Positions 27,864-36,972 of a DNA stretch of 39,466 nucleotides are shown here, in pieces. Below the pieces are notes generated by a model. It did not search any database. It worked only from the letters and a program-made list of their open reading frames with translations, and was not told the origin of the DNA. The stretch is taken from positions 1 through 39,466 of the forward strand of contig PRDI01000015.1 of NCBI GenBank assembly GCA_003345595.1, read 5' to 3'. This DNA is from Candidatus Thorarchaeota archaeon (GTDB lineage: Archaea > Asgardarchaeota > Thorarchaeia > Thorarchaeales > Thorarchaeaceae). Made by a program: the position numbers and the translations under genes. Each line of letters starts with the position of its first letter. Position 1 is the stretch's first letter.

Positions 27864-28559
27864 CTACCAGTTGAGGACTATCTCCCAGTCATACCTTTGT
27901 GTACTTGACATGTCGGGCACATATTCGATTGGATTGTACGGCAACTCAACGCCCGTTGACTTCTGAACTGTCAGGTAGTGCTTGCCCCTTGACGTGGTTA
28001 GAGTCACTATTCCCTGAGCGAGCGAGAACAACTGATTCATGGTGACAGGGTCCGCCGTTTCTGAATTGACAAGGAAGAACTCTAGGGAGCCGTTCTTGAT
28101 GCTCTCCTCAACAGACTCCTTGAAGAATTGGACGACCTCGCGTGGGGAGAAATCTATCAGAAGCGGCGTCAGCCCCTCGAAAAACACGATGTTCGGATTG
28201 ATGGCGTTCCTGAGTCCTCTCAGCATTATGTTGATTTCGTGCAGATGGGGTGAGCAGGTGTGTTTACCGATCGCTTCTTGGCCATACGAAACTTCGAGGA
28301 TCTGGTAGTTCTCCCCCTGATGCTTCGCGAGTTCACTCATGATGGCACGATTGCGAGCCTCAGTGACGACTTGAAGGACCTTCAAGCCCATGTCGCGTGC
28401 GCGCTTCAGCAACGTTAGCATGAATAAGTCGTAGTGGCTGTCCTGAGCGGCCATGATTAGGAAGACATAGCCCTTTGGAGGCCTGCTAACCAAGTTGTCG
28501 ATGATGTTTCCTCTGCCGGTGTCGTGTCCACTCGGTTCGACCGCAACCACGATGTCCAC
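27864..28559 (-). CDS. Inactivated KaiC/RAD55-like ATPase domain protein
   Basis: Walker-B-like IVFFEGLTPLL and RecA-fold C-terminus (LAQGIVTL...LTVQK). No Walker A. Confidence 0.65.
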   Translation of the reverse strand: MDIVVAVEPSGHDTGRGNIIDNLVSRPPKGYVFLIMAAQDSHYDLFMLTLLKRARDMGLKVLQVVTEARNRAIMSELAKHQGENYQILEVSYGQEAIGKHTCSPHLHEINIMLRGLRNAINPNIVFFEGLTPLLIDFSPREVVQFFKESVEESIKNGSLEFFLVNSETADPVTMNQLFSLAQGIVTLTTSRGKHYLTVQKSTGVELPYNPIEYVPDMSSTQRYDWEIVLNW

Positions 28560-28562
28560 TCT

Positions 28563-28949
28563 CTATTCCTGAGGAATCTTGAGATGCTTTCGTATCGTGG
28601 CAACGAGTGCTCTGCCTGAGAACGGTTTTACCAGATACTCGTCAGCTCCAACCTCGCGTCCTTTCTCGATGTCTTTGCTGAGCCCCTTCGCCGTGAACAT
28701 CAATATGGGCGTCTTGGCAAATACCTTGTCTGCCTTGAGCCGCTTGCACACCTCGAAACCGTCTACCTTGGGCAGCATGATATCCAACAGAATCAAGTCG
28801 GGTCGTTCTGCCTGAGCAACTCTCAATGCCTCCTCTCCATCGAAGGCGCAGACGACCCTGAATCCCTGCTGCTCAAGAAAGGTCTTGGCAAGCTCAGTTG
28901 TCACCTGCTCATCATCTACCACGAGTATCTTCTTACTTGGTGTTGTCAC
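28563..28949 (-). CDS. Stand-alone response regulator receiver domain
   Basis: LVVDDE, PDLILLDIMLP..DG, FTAK, YLVKPF; GGAGG RBS. Confidence 0.93.
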   Translation of the reverse strand: MTTPSKKILVVDDEQVTTELAKTFLEQQGFRVVCAFDGEEALRVAQAERPDLILLDIMLPKVDGFEVCKRLKADKVFAKTPILMFTAKGLSKDIEKGREVGADEYLVKPFSGRALVATIRKHLKIPQE

Positions 28950-28985
28950 TGGTAATTCCTCCAGTCACTGGCTACTGATATACGA

Positions 28986-30413
28986 TTAGACAATCGGCAG
29001 AAGATCAAAGTCAAGAAACCCTCCTGAAAGTAATGGCCGTATTGCGAAGAAGTTCGTTCGAGGATTCGCTCCACAGACAGTCAAGACTCCGCCAATCTCT
29101 TGAACACGCAGCTGTATAGCGTGGCACAGTGAAGTGCTCTTGATAGCTTGCTGTCTGCCAAGTATCGTGAGGGTCACTCTCTTGGTGTCAGGCAGAGCGG
29201 CTGTGACCTCCGCCATCAACTCTTGAACGTGTGCCGCTCCATACTTGTTCTCCAGAGTGTCTAGCGCAAACAGCTCAGTGACATCCATGCCGAACCGTCG
29301 CTCTAGTTGACTCGCTTCATACCTAATTTCCTGCAAGGTCTTCCACGGATCATCGTCAATGGAACGCACATTTCCCTTCTTACCGAGAGCCTGTCTGCCA
29401 AAGAACACGACCTGTTTCTCTACGATCTCTCTGTCCACGAACTGACTGAGACCGCTGGTGAAGCGCTCTGGCGACCATCCTTCCGGCAGAAGGACGATGG
29501 CGGGCCGCCCCAGTTGCAGATGATTTGAGAGGAAAGGTAAGTAGATCGTTTCAAGATAGGGTGCACCGAGATTGTCGACCTCGATGATACTGAGCGTGCC
29601 TTTAGCAAACCCTCCTCTTGTGAGTGTGTCAAAGCTGCGGTTGCCTGTGGACATGCGATCTGGGGAAGGGTCTCCTAGAGGTTCTCTCTCAATCATTATG
29701 GGCGGGTACTGATGGACGTACCATGGCACGTAGGTAAAGAAACCCCTGTCCAGAGTGAAGACGAAAGTGTCCTGGGCTATTGGCATGGACCTCAGTTTCT
29801 CAATTACGAGTTGGCGATACATTCTCCCATCAGTCCGGACTTTCTCGAGTCTGAGGATGGCATCGGCCACGTGATTCAGTCGGGATAAGTCACCTCCAGG
29901 CATGGAAGTGTCCGCAATCAATACGAGCTTCTTCTTTTCCTCTCTTGCCGTCTGAACCAAGGACTGAAGTATCTCTGTCCTGCGTGCGCTGTCGATCGGC
30001 TCGACTAGACCGGTCCAAGAATCCACTACGATAGTGTCGAAGTCCCGTAGGCGGGGCTCGGCTGCCACCAGCTCGTTGATCTTCTGTAGAAAGGACGCAC
30101 GATGTGAGCCAGACCACGTGACTGGGCGCCAGTAGTCCACCACAACATGACGCTCCTTCCAAGCGTCGAATGCCGGACTTGGCCCTGTCCTTATCTCTCC
30201 CCATCCTTCCTTGTCAGTTAGAATCGCACAGGAGTTGGGAAACTCTCTCACTATCTCTTGGGCAAAAAGAGACTTACCCGTGCCTGGCTCTCCGCTCACC
30301 ACGATCACGTAGCCGCGATCGGTACACAGTGCGGTCCTAATGTCTGGCGGAAAGAGGCCTTCAGTGCTCACGTCAATGGTCCCTGCGTTGTACAGAAGGG
30401 TCATTGGTCCCAT
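28986..30413 (-). CDS. Double-domain KaiC-superfamily ATPase (GvpD-like); second domain degenerate
   Basis: Domain 1 has GEPGTGKS, IVVDSW and IEKLRS. Domain 2 begins STG..SFD.L..GGF.KG but lacks a P-loop. Confidence 0.78.
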   Translation of the reverse strand: MGPMTLLYNAGTIDVSTEGLFPPDIRTALCTDRGYVIVVSGEPGTGKSLFAQEIVREFPNSCAILTDKEGWGEIRTGPSPAFDAWKERHVVVDYWRPVTWSGSHRASFLQKINELVAAEPRLRDFDTIVVDSWTGLVEPIDSARRTEILQSLVQTAREEKKKLVLIADTSMPGGDLSRLNHVADAILRLEKVRTDGRMYRQLVIEKLRSMPIAQDTFVFTLDRGFFTYVPWYVHQYPPIMIEREPLGDPSPDRMSTGNRSFDTLTRGGFAKGTLSIIEVDNLGAPYLETIYLPFLSNHLQLGRPAIVLLPEGWSPERFTSGLSQFVDREIVEKQVVFFGRQALGKKGNVRSIDDDPWKTLQEIRYEASQLERRFGMDVTELFALDTLENKYGAAHVQELMAEVTAALPDTKRVTLTILGRQQAIKSTSLCHAIQLRVQEIGGVLTVCGANPRTNFFAIRPLLSGGFLDFDLLPIV

Positions 30414-30455
30414 ATATAGCTAAGTGGGGGCCCTTTGGCCTCTCATGGTGAAACA

Positions 30456-31004
30456 CTAGGCATCGCGCTGACTAGCTTCGCGGAAGAGCTCCATGAAAAT
30501 CGTGTCGTAGTACTGTCCCTCTATGTAGATCCTTTTATGAGCCACTCCGAACTCCTTGAACCCAACTTTCTGGTAGGTTCTGATGGCTCTCTTGTTGAAA
30601 GCGTGGACAGTGAGTTCAATGCGCCTTAGGTTCAAGCTGTTCCAAGCGTAGTCAACGAGAAGACGCATCGCCTCGGACCCGTACCCCTTGCCCCAGTTCT
30701 CGGGGCTGTGAATTGCTATGCCGAGGGTGCAGCTCCCAGATATCCAGTTGATGCCGTGTAAGGAAGCCCCGCCCAAGAACGCGCCGTCAGAAGAGCGCTC
30801 TATCACATAATCGAACTCCCTTCTCGCCTTCATTCCCTCAATGGCAGACCGTAACCACTCGGTTTCCTCCTCTCTGCCCATAGGGATCATCCCGCCGAGG
30901 AATCGTCTTAGCTCAGGGTTATTCCAGCCACGTAGTATGTCGTCCAGATGTTTCTGCTCTAGGACCACCAGGCGTACCAGTTCACCAACAAGCAAGGCCA
31001 CCAC
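30456..31004 (-). CDS. GNAT acetyltransferase (RimJ/RimL type)
   Basis: WGKGYGSEA, LNLRRIEL.V...N.RAI..Y.KVGF. Confidence 0.9.
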   Translation of the reverse strand: MVALLVGELVRLVVLEQKHLDDILRGWNNPELRRFLGGMIPMGREEETEWLRSAIEGMKARREFDYVIERSSDGAFLGGASLHGINWISGSCTLGIAIHSPENWGKGYGSEAMRLLVDYAWNSLNLRRIELTVHAFNKRAIRTYQKVGFKEFGVAHKRIYIEGQYYDTIFMELFREASQRDA

Positions 31005-31055
31005 CGTGCACCCCAGTGGCTGCTGTCAGACATAAACCTCTTCCGGCAACTGCTA

Positions 31056-32642
31056 TCAGCGGTTCAACGCTGTGATGAAGTCCCTGAAGTGAGGGCAGAG
31101 GCCACCCATCCAAAAGAGATTGCCATAGCACTCTTTCCTCATGGTCATCCTCTCCACCCGACATTCGAAGTTCTTCTCGGAGTCGTGGAAGACGCAGATA
31201 TCACTCTGTAGGGATACATCATCAAGGATTCTTTGCCGAACTCGCCGCATAGGAGACGCGTCTTCGGACTTGAGCCACTCGTCGGACTCTCCCATGGTTG
31301 ACTTGATGCGTTCCAATAGCGTCTTAGGTGGATTCTTCTCTTGAGCCCATATCGTGACCAGCTCACTAATGTCAGCATTGAACGCTAGGATTGGCATGTT
31401 AGTCTCGTCACAGAGCTTCCGGGCCTTGCGATACCACGCTATAGCCTCATCGAACTTGCTGCTCATGAAGTTCGCATCGCCAAGATGAAAAAGACTGAGT
31501 CTGAGGAGTTCCTTCAGACCAGACCCTTCTGCCGTCTTGGTGCTATCCATGTAAAGCCGGACTGCCTCATCGATGTCGCCCCTTCTGAGAGCCACATCGG
31601 CCAGGTTAACAGTCGAGTAGGCAATGCCCCTGACATACTCAGCCTCCTGACTTATCTCAAGGGCCCTTCGGTTGTACATTTCCATCTGATCGAGCTGGTC
31701 AAGCATGCGGTCTATTTCTCCGACGTTAATCAGAGCGTTGACGAGGCCAATCTGATTGTTGAGCTGCTGCTGTATGATCAGGAGTTCCTCGAATTGGTCT
31801 CTCGCATCTTGCAGTTGGCCTCTGTCAATTAGTACAACCCCCCTGAGGTTTCTAGCGTTTGCCACACCTTGAAGGTAGCCCATCCTCTCATACCTTCGGA
31901 GAGCAGACTTGAGGAGACTAAGGGCTGTGTCAAACTCTCTGAACTGTTCGTAGGCTCTCGACCGATAGTACCTGATGTCTGAGAGTGCAAGCTGATCATC
32001 AAGAACCTCTGCAGTCTCCTCAGCCGAGTCCAATCTGATGAGACCCTCCTCGCGTGAGACCATTGCCGTCGTGATATAAGCCAAGATAACGCGCGAACGT
32101 AGAAGTGCCGACTGAACCATGGTCCTGATGCTTGCGTCCTTGGTCGTTGCAGTTGTCACCTTGTCTATACTCTCGTTGGCGACTCTAGTTGCCTCATCGG
32201 CATATCCCAAGTCGACCAAAATGGACGCCAGCTCTCCCGAGAGTTCTGCAAAGACGATGTAGTCCTTCGCTTGCCATGCCTGAGTCACGTAGTTCCTAAG
32301 GTTGTTCAGCCAACGTGGGTCAAGACTCTGCCTGCAATAGGCCGCTGCTGCGTATCCCTTGCATGCAAGGCTAGGGCTGGACTTGGCGAGGATCTGATTA
32401 TATCCATATTTCCCTCTCAGGAAGCTAGCTTTCGCGCACATCGCCAAGAAGCTACTTGATCTGTTTACCCATTCTCCTGTGCTAATCCCCTCAATTAGGA
32501 CATCTGTGAAAGCCATGAATCTGTCTTTCTCAGTCCGTGATTCAGACGATATTCTATTCGCCAGATCATCCAGTTCGAAGCTATCGAGACCACTCCTGTA
32601 CATTGCGAACTCCGGAATGATCGGGTCTCTCTGCAATGCCAC
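31056..32642 (-). CDS. Tetratricopeptide repeat protein with a C-terminal 4-Cys motif
   Basis: Tandem TPR-like helix pairs (A.A.N.RG....RG....A) and a C-x10-C-x10-C-x10-C tail. GTG start after GGTGA. Confidence 0.82.
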   Translation of the reverse strand: MALQRDPIIPEFAMYRSGLDSFELDDLANRISSESRTEKDRFMAFTDVLIEGISTGEWVNRSSSFLAMCAKASFLRGKYGYNQILAKSSPSLACKGYAAAAYCRQSLDPRWLNNLRNYVTQAWQAKDYIVFAELSGELASILVDLGYADEATRVANESIDKVTTATTKDASIRTMVQSALLRSRVILAYITTAMVSREEGLIRLDSAEETAEVLDDQLALSDIRYYRSRAYEQFREFDTALSLLKSALRRYERMGYLQGVANARNLRGVVLIDRGQLQDARDQFEELLIIQQQLNNQIGLVNALINVGEIDRMLDQLDQMEMYNRRALEISQEAEYVRGIAYSTVNLADVALRRGDIDEAVRLYMDSTKTAEGSGLKELLRLSLFHLGDANFMSSKFDEAIAWYRKARKLCDETNMPILAFNADISELVTIWAQEKNPPKTLLERIKSTMGESDEWLKSEDASPMRRVRQRILDDVSLQSDICVFHDSEKNFECRVERMTMRKECYGNLFWMGGLCPHFRDFITALNR

Positions 32643-32857
32643 TAATTCACCATCTTAGGAAGGACTCTGGCCAAGCGTTTCTCAAGGTACAACCGTTTCA
32701 GGTCTCTAAAAATGATTCTAGTGCATTCATCCGCGCAAGAATAACCGTTATGGACCATTTTGGCACACAGCTATTTCAACGAATGCCTTCCGGATGTGTC
32801 AGGAAGTCTTCAGCAAAGATAATAACACAACGCGCGAGATGGCTTGTCGGTTGCGCT

Positions 32858-33613
32858 ATGCCAAAGACTCGTGTTAGCAGTGGGGTTTCAGGACTCGACA
32901 AGATCTTGGGTGGAGGATACATTCAGGGCCGCACCGCGCTCTTGGCTGGCGGACCCGGAACAGGCAAGAGCATTCTGAGTTGGCACTTCCTCCTAGACGG
33001 AATATCCAAAGGGGAACATGGCGTCCTTCTCACCCTCGACCAAAGCTCAGAGAATATACAGGATGACATGACGGACTTTGGTTGGGACTCTCGCGGCGCA
33101 GTCAAGTCCAAGAGTCTGACTATCCTGAGCGGAAGTATGACATTGGTCCCTGTTGAGAAGGGGTATGAGTATGTCATTGGCTTCGATCACCCGTTGCTGA
33201 AGGAACAGCCATTCACTGTCGCCCGCCTTGCCAGTCTTGTCAAGCAGAAAGCAGCAGAAACTGGTGCTGTGAGACTGGTAGTAGACGGATTAGGTCCGCT
33301 TCTTGAGGTCGCGGGGAACCGTTTCGAAGTCAGGCAGACTGTCTATTCGTTCATGAGAGAAATCATCACAAAGAACACGACCGCTCTTCTAACACACGAG
33401 CTAAAGACCGGTCAGGATGCAAGGAGTAACGAGATGCCGTTCTTCATTTGCGACACAGTTGTGAAGCTCGACATGGTGTACAGCGGGGGAGACTTCGTTC
33501 GGACGATGCGGGTCATTAAGATGCGCGGGTCCAGTCATGTCATGCGGCCTATCATCTTTAAGATAGGTGCCGACGGAATCGTGGCATTCCCTGATGCAAG
33601 ACTGCCGGACTGA
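32858..33613 (+). CDS. KaiC/RAD55 family single-domain ATPase
   Basis: SSGVSGLD.IL.GG, GGPGTGKS, LVVDGL and R.MRVIKMRGS.H. Start ATG 32858. Confidence 0.9.
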   Translation: MPKTRVSSGVSGLDKILGGGYIQGRTALLAGGPGTGKSILSWHFLLDGISKGEHGVLLTLDQSSENIQDDMTDFGWDSRGAVKSKSLTILSGSMTLVPVEKGYEYVIGFDHPLLKEQPFTVARLASLVKQKAAETGAVRLVVDGLGPLLEVAGNRFEVRQTVYSFMREIITKNTTALLTHELKTGQDARSNEMPFFICDTVVKLDMVYSGGDFVRTMRVIKMRGSSHVMRPIIFKIGADGIVAFPDARLPD

Positions 33614-33678
33614 TTTCCCAGGAGTCTCTCCGGCTAGGTGATTGCCCAGATGTCGTTGGCTGAAACCGCGTTCATTTA

Positions 33679-34065
33679 CTACCGGTAGACGGGTGCGACC
33701 TTCTTCACAAGGTCAATAAGATCATACATGCTGAAAGGCTTCTGAATGTACGCTCTTGCGCCCACAGCGAGCATGGTTTCTTCAAGTTCTTCTGTCGGGT
33801 CTGCTATCACCACTACCGCCAGGTCCGGATTGATATCCAATAGGTCCTCGACCAATCTGACGCCCTGAATATCTGGAAGATGAAGGTCCATAAGAACGAT
33901 GTCTGGGTTGTTATGGGTGCAGCTCACCAGTAGATCCTCTCTGTCTGAAACCTCATCAACCACATCATCTCCTGCCTCCTCAATCGCTATTCGGAGAAGC
34001 GCTCGGAGGAACGGTACATCACCCGCAACGACAACCGTTGTCACTTCGTGGTTGTGGAAGTTCAA
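33679..34065 (-). CDS. Stand-alone receiver domain, atypical
   Basis: PDIVLMDLHLP and YIQKPF are present. The acidic pocket is GD instead of DD, and the conserved T/S is Ala. Confidence 0.85.
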   Translation of the reverse strand: MNFHNHEVTTVVVAGDVPFLRALLRIAIEEAGDDVVDEVSDREDLLVSCTHNNPDIVLMDLHLPDIQGVRLVEDLLDINPDLAVVVIADPTEELEETMLAVGARAYIQKPFSMYDLIDLVKKVAPVYR

Positions 34066-34108
34066 TCCCCCCAGATGCCAAGTCCCCCGGTCCGGGCGTT
34101 CCTCGCTC

Positions 34109-34471
34109 CTATGTCACCATGGCGGTCTCGACGAGATCCAGCATGTGACGAATGGTCACGGGCTTCAGTCCAAAGCTTGCTGCTCCAGACTTCATAGCCT
34201 GGTCACGGACATTCGCATCAGCACTGATGAAGACGATCCGGGCGCTTGGCTGAACACTTAGTATCTCTCTCATTGCCTCGAGACCGTCCTTGTTAGGCAT
34301 TCGGTGGTCAAGAATGATTACCTCAGGCTTTGGCTCCATCGCCATAAACTTCCGTATGGCCTCCTCTCCATCATAGGCATCTGCCACGACTTGGTGGCCC
34401 TTTATGGCGAAAACGTCCTTGTAGAGCTTGTGAAGGATCGCTTCGTCGTCTATGATGAAAATTGTCGCCAT
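34109..34471 (-). CDS. CheY-like stand-alone receiver domain
   Basis: IIDDE, ILDHRMP..DG, ISAD, LKPV; GAGGTGG RBS. Confidence 0.92.
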   Translation of the reverse strand: MATIFIIDDEAILHKLYKDVFAIKGHQVVADAYDGEEAIRKFMAMEPKPEVIILDHRMPNKDGLEAMREILSVQPSARIVFISADANVRDQAMKSGAASFGLKPVTIRHMLDLVETAMVT

Positions 34472-34599
34472 TTGCGTGTGTCCACCTCGAGGCCTATGCC
34501 GAATCTGAAGCCTGCCTGAGGGTTGTAGCGATGACCACTCGTTTCTGATATCACTACATGCGTGCTCAAAGCTAATGGTATAACTTGTTGTCCCGTAGG

Positions 34600-34607
34600 T
34601 TATAAAT
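34600..34607. promoter_or_regulatory. TATA-box candidate between the receiver-domain genes and the structured locus
   Basis: TTATAAAT in an AT-rich patch; usable in either direction. Confidence 0.35.
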
Positions 34608-34648
34608 GAATTTCATGCAGTTGAAGTTTCGGCTTCTAGATGGAAAAC

Positions 34649-34824
34649 GCCGCACGGGTGAGACTTGCCGTGGGCAGGTCAGGAAGAACGTGTCCTTTTC
34701 TGAGCGTCAGGGGAAAGGGCCGTGGTCTTCCGTTACATAGCAGTCGGGGCTGCTGAGGGGCTTGCTATCTAATTGCTCTCCCTCAAGTCCTGAACCGCAC
34801 CAATCTCGGCAGGTTTCCTGACTC
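34649..34824 (+). ncRNA. Candidate structured RNA of unknown family
   Basis: Three consecutive hairpins (34649-34675, 34682-34731, 34746-34791), the latter two with G-U pairs in + sense, plus a long-range GTCAGGAA/TTCCTGAC helix. Confidence 0.4.
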
Positions 34825-36055
34825 CCTCAATTCGATCGCACATATTCCACGATCTGTATGCTCGCTACTCGCTGTCTATCACTCAGAACCATTCGATTTC
34901 TCGACAGGTCGATACAAGTCCTGATACCAACGTCACTCCACTGCACCAGCATGTGACTTCCTCCAACTAATACAGTACAGGATATGAGACTTCCTTCATA
35001 GTGAGGATGTCTATATACCCCGCTGCTCGTAGGCCATAGTTGCCGGGAGCAAGTACAGCACTTCAAAGCGTTGCTCGGCTGGAATGCTGTCAGCTGAGGT
35101 CATACCATCGTATTCGATTGTTGAATACGGTCTCTGGTTGTGGCCCCCAAGATCACCATGCTCTGTACTCATATAGTGTGTACCAGTAGTGTTTACCGAG
35201 GACAACCATGATTATCTGCTTCCTTTTCTGTGGTGACCGCACTATGTTTCAGACTCCGAGTATGGCGCTCAAAACGAAATCCCCTATCGGCAAATGCTCG
35301 TAGCGCTATTCGGCTGGGTACCGAACATAATGATGATGAAGAGCGAGTATATTCAACAATGATAACCGCAAAGCATGTGAGATGCAAATGCCGTCAAATG
35401 GAACATTTGGTACCAAGTGACGGACATAAGATTTGCTCAAGTCAGTGACTAATAGTAACGACGAAAGACTGCTGAGTGTAGCTCACAAAAAATCGAGGGT
35501 ATGGAATAGGTATGGCGCAAAAGAGAGCCATCTAGCGGCTCGGCGGTCAAGGCGAAGGCACTGCCAAATGCGCCATTAGGATGGCTAAGGGCATCACCTT
35601 TGCCAACACCATTGCGTAGATGGTTGTATTGGGTGATCTTTTGAACAGCCTTTCGTATAAGAACCTGAAAACGGTACGCAATGGTTTGGATAGCATCGGC
35701 TTTTTGATCCCGACAGAACTACAGGTCAGTTATGCAGCCTCGTCCGGCTTTCCACTTTCGAGGAGTGTCGGCACAAGAGTGCTCTGCTCGGTCTGCTTTG
35801 ATTTCTGCAGATTGGCTCCAGTGTTTCTGCTCTTAACAATGGGTTGGTAATGTGCCTTTTGAATGCCCGCCTGTCACCTCAAAGACTATGCTTGCAGGCC
35901 AGCGCTTAGGGTATAGCTTATATCATACGAATAGCAGTGGCCGGGAATGCTGGGAGCAACTGATTCTTCCCCTAGCACTTCTACGACCTCTCGGGTATCA
36001 GACCTAGCTGCACGCCAGAAGGACGACCCGGACGATCCATCTACGGTGATGAAGA

Positions 36056-36820
36056 ATGATCGAGTTAATGATAATCCTAGCCCTAAGCGGGATAATCCTA
36101 GTCATCTCTGCTCTGCTGAGGCTAAGAAAAGTCGGAAAGTTCAGATCATTGGGTAAGACCATTGAGGGCAAGTTTGACGTCAAGGGCTTAGACCTCTCGG
36201 GAAGAACTGAATATGCCGATTGCTTTTCTCACGATTGGTACATCCGGCATATGACAGGAACCCAGCACGGCCGAATGGGTGAATGGTTTCAGCGCCAGAT
36301 GATGGAAAGGACCATTGCGACCTTTCTCTGGTTTGGAGTCCTCCTTGGATGTTCCGCAATGTTGATTGGCCTGCTTGTATTCTCGTCGTTAAGGCTTCTT
36401 CAAGTGGGAGCTCTCGTCCTCTTCTTTGCTGTTTTGTTGGTAATCGGTTCAGGCGGAGTAAACGTCTCCGAGCAACTGTTGGCTGCTCTGTTACAAGCCA
36501 AACCGGATGAGTATCGGCGTGACGACTATGCCTATGTGAGGATCTCAATCAGAACGATTATGACATGGAGTCTGTTTTGTCTCGCCGTAGGAATAGTCTT
36601 CCTTGTTAGCGCACCCTTTGACACACTGTTGTTTGACGTACTTGGAACCGGAATCATGCTTTTTGGAGATGCAGTCCTTTGGGGCCCAATGCTTAGGCTC
36701 TTCTTGGTATGGGCGCCTCTTGGAGTAATCTACATCAGCTTGGTTGTCCCATTCATCTTCATAATCGTTCCACTGGTCATCTACTCGGCCTATCGTCGCA
36801 TAAGATATGGATCTGCATGA
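36056..36820 (+). CDS. Multi-pass membrane protein, unknown function
   Basis: About 6 TM helices and basic loops. Confidence 0.75.
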   Translation: MIELMIILALSGIILVISALLRLRKVGKFRSLGKTIEGKFDVKGLDLSGRTEYADCFSHDWYIRHMTGTQHGRMGEWFQRQMMERTIATFLWFGVLLGCSAMLIGLLVFSSLRLLQVGALVLFFAVLLVIGSGGVNVSEQLLAALLQAKPDEYRRDDYAYVRISIRTIMTWSLFCLAVGIVFLVSAPFDTLLFDVLGTGIMLFGDAVLWGPMLRLFLVWAPLGVIYISLVVPFIFIIVPLVIYSAYRRIRYGSA

Positions 36821-36972
36821 CATCGATTCCTTCTTTGCGCTGATGATATGGTCTGCGTGACGCAGCCGAACCGTCACATCTGAATGTTCATTAGTGCCTG
36901 CAGGGTAGCCGTCTTACCTTAGTAGTCACGGAGTCGTGGACGGCAATCTAGGATTCGAAGGAGGATACCGGT

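Noticed and set aside
27864-33613. Circadian clock or gas vesicle operon
   Set aside because: No KaiA/KaiB or GvpA/structural gvp genes, and no full KaiC with two intact P-loops.
34742-34823. TPP riboswitch
   Set aside because: It has UGAGG rather than UGAGA, lacks the GCG-AGG junction and has no thiamine gene downstream. Kept only as an unknown structured RNA.
34808-34824. Cobalamin riboswitch B12-box-like GAGTCAGGAAACCTGCC on the minus strand
   Set aside because: The required upstream aptamer core (GGGAA...GCCCCCGCAACTGT) is absent at higher coordinates, and the G-U pair polarity of nearby stems favours a + strand RNA.
35329-35381. C/D box sRNA (ATGATGA ... ATGATAA ... GTGA)
   Set aside because: No CTGA D or D' boxes, and the first guide would be too short.
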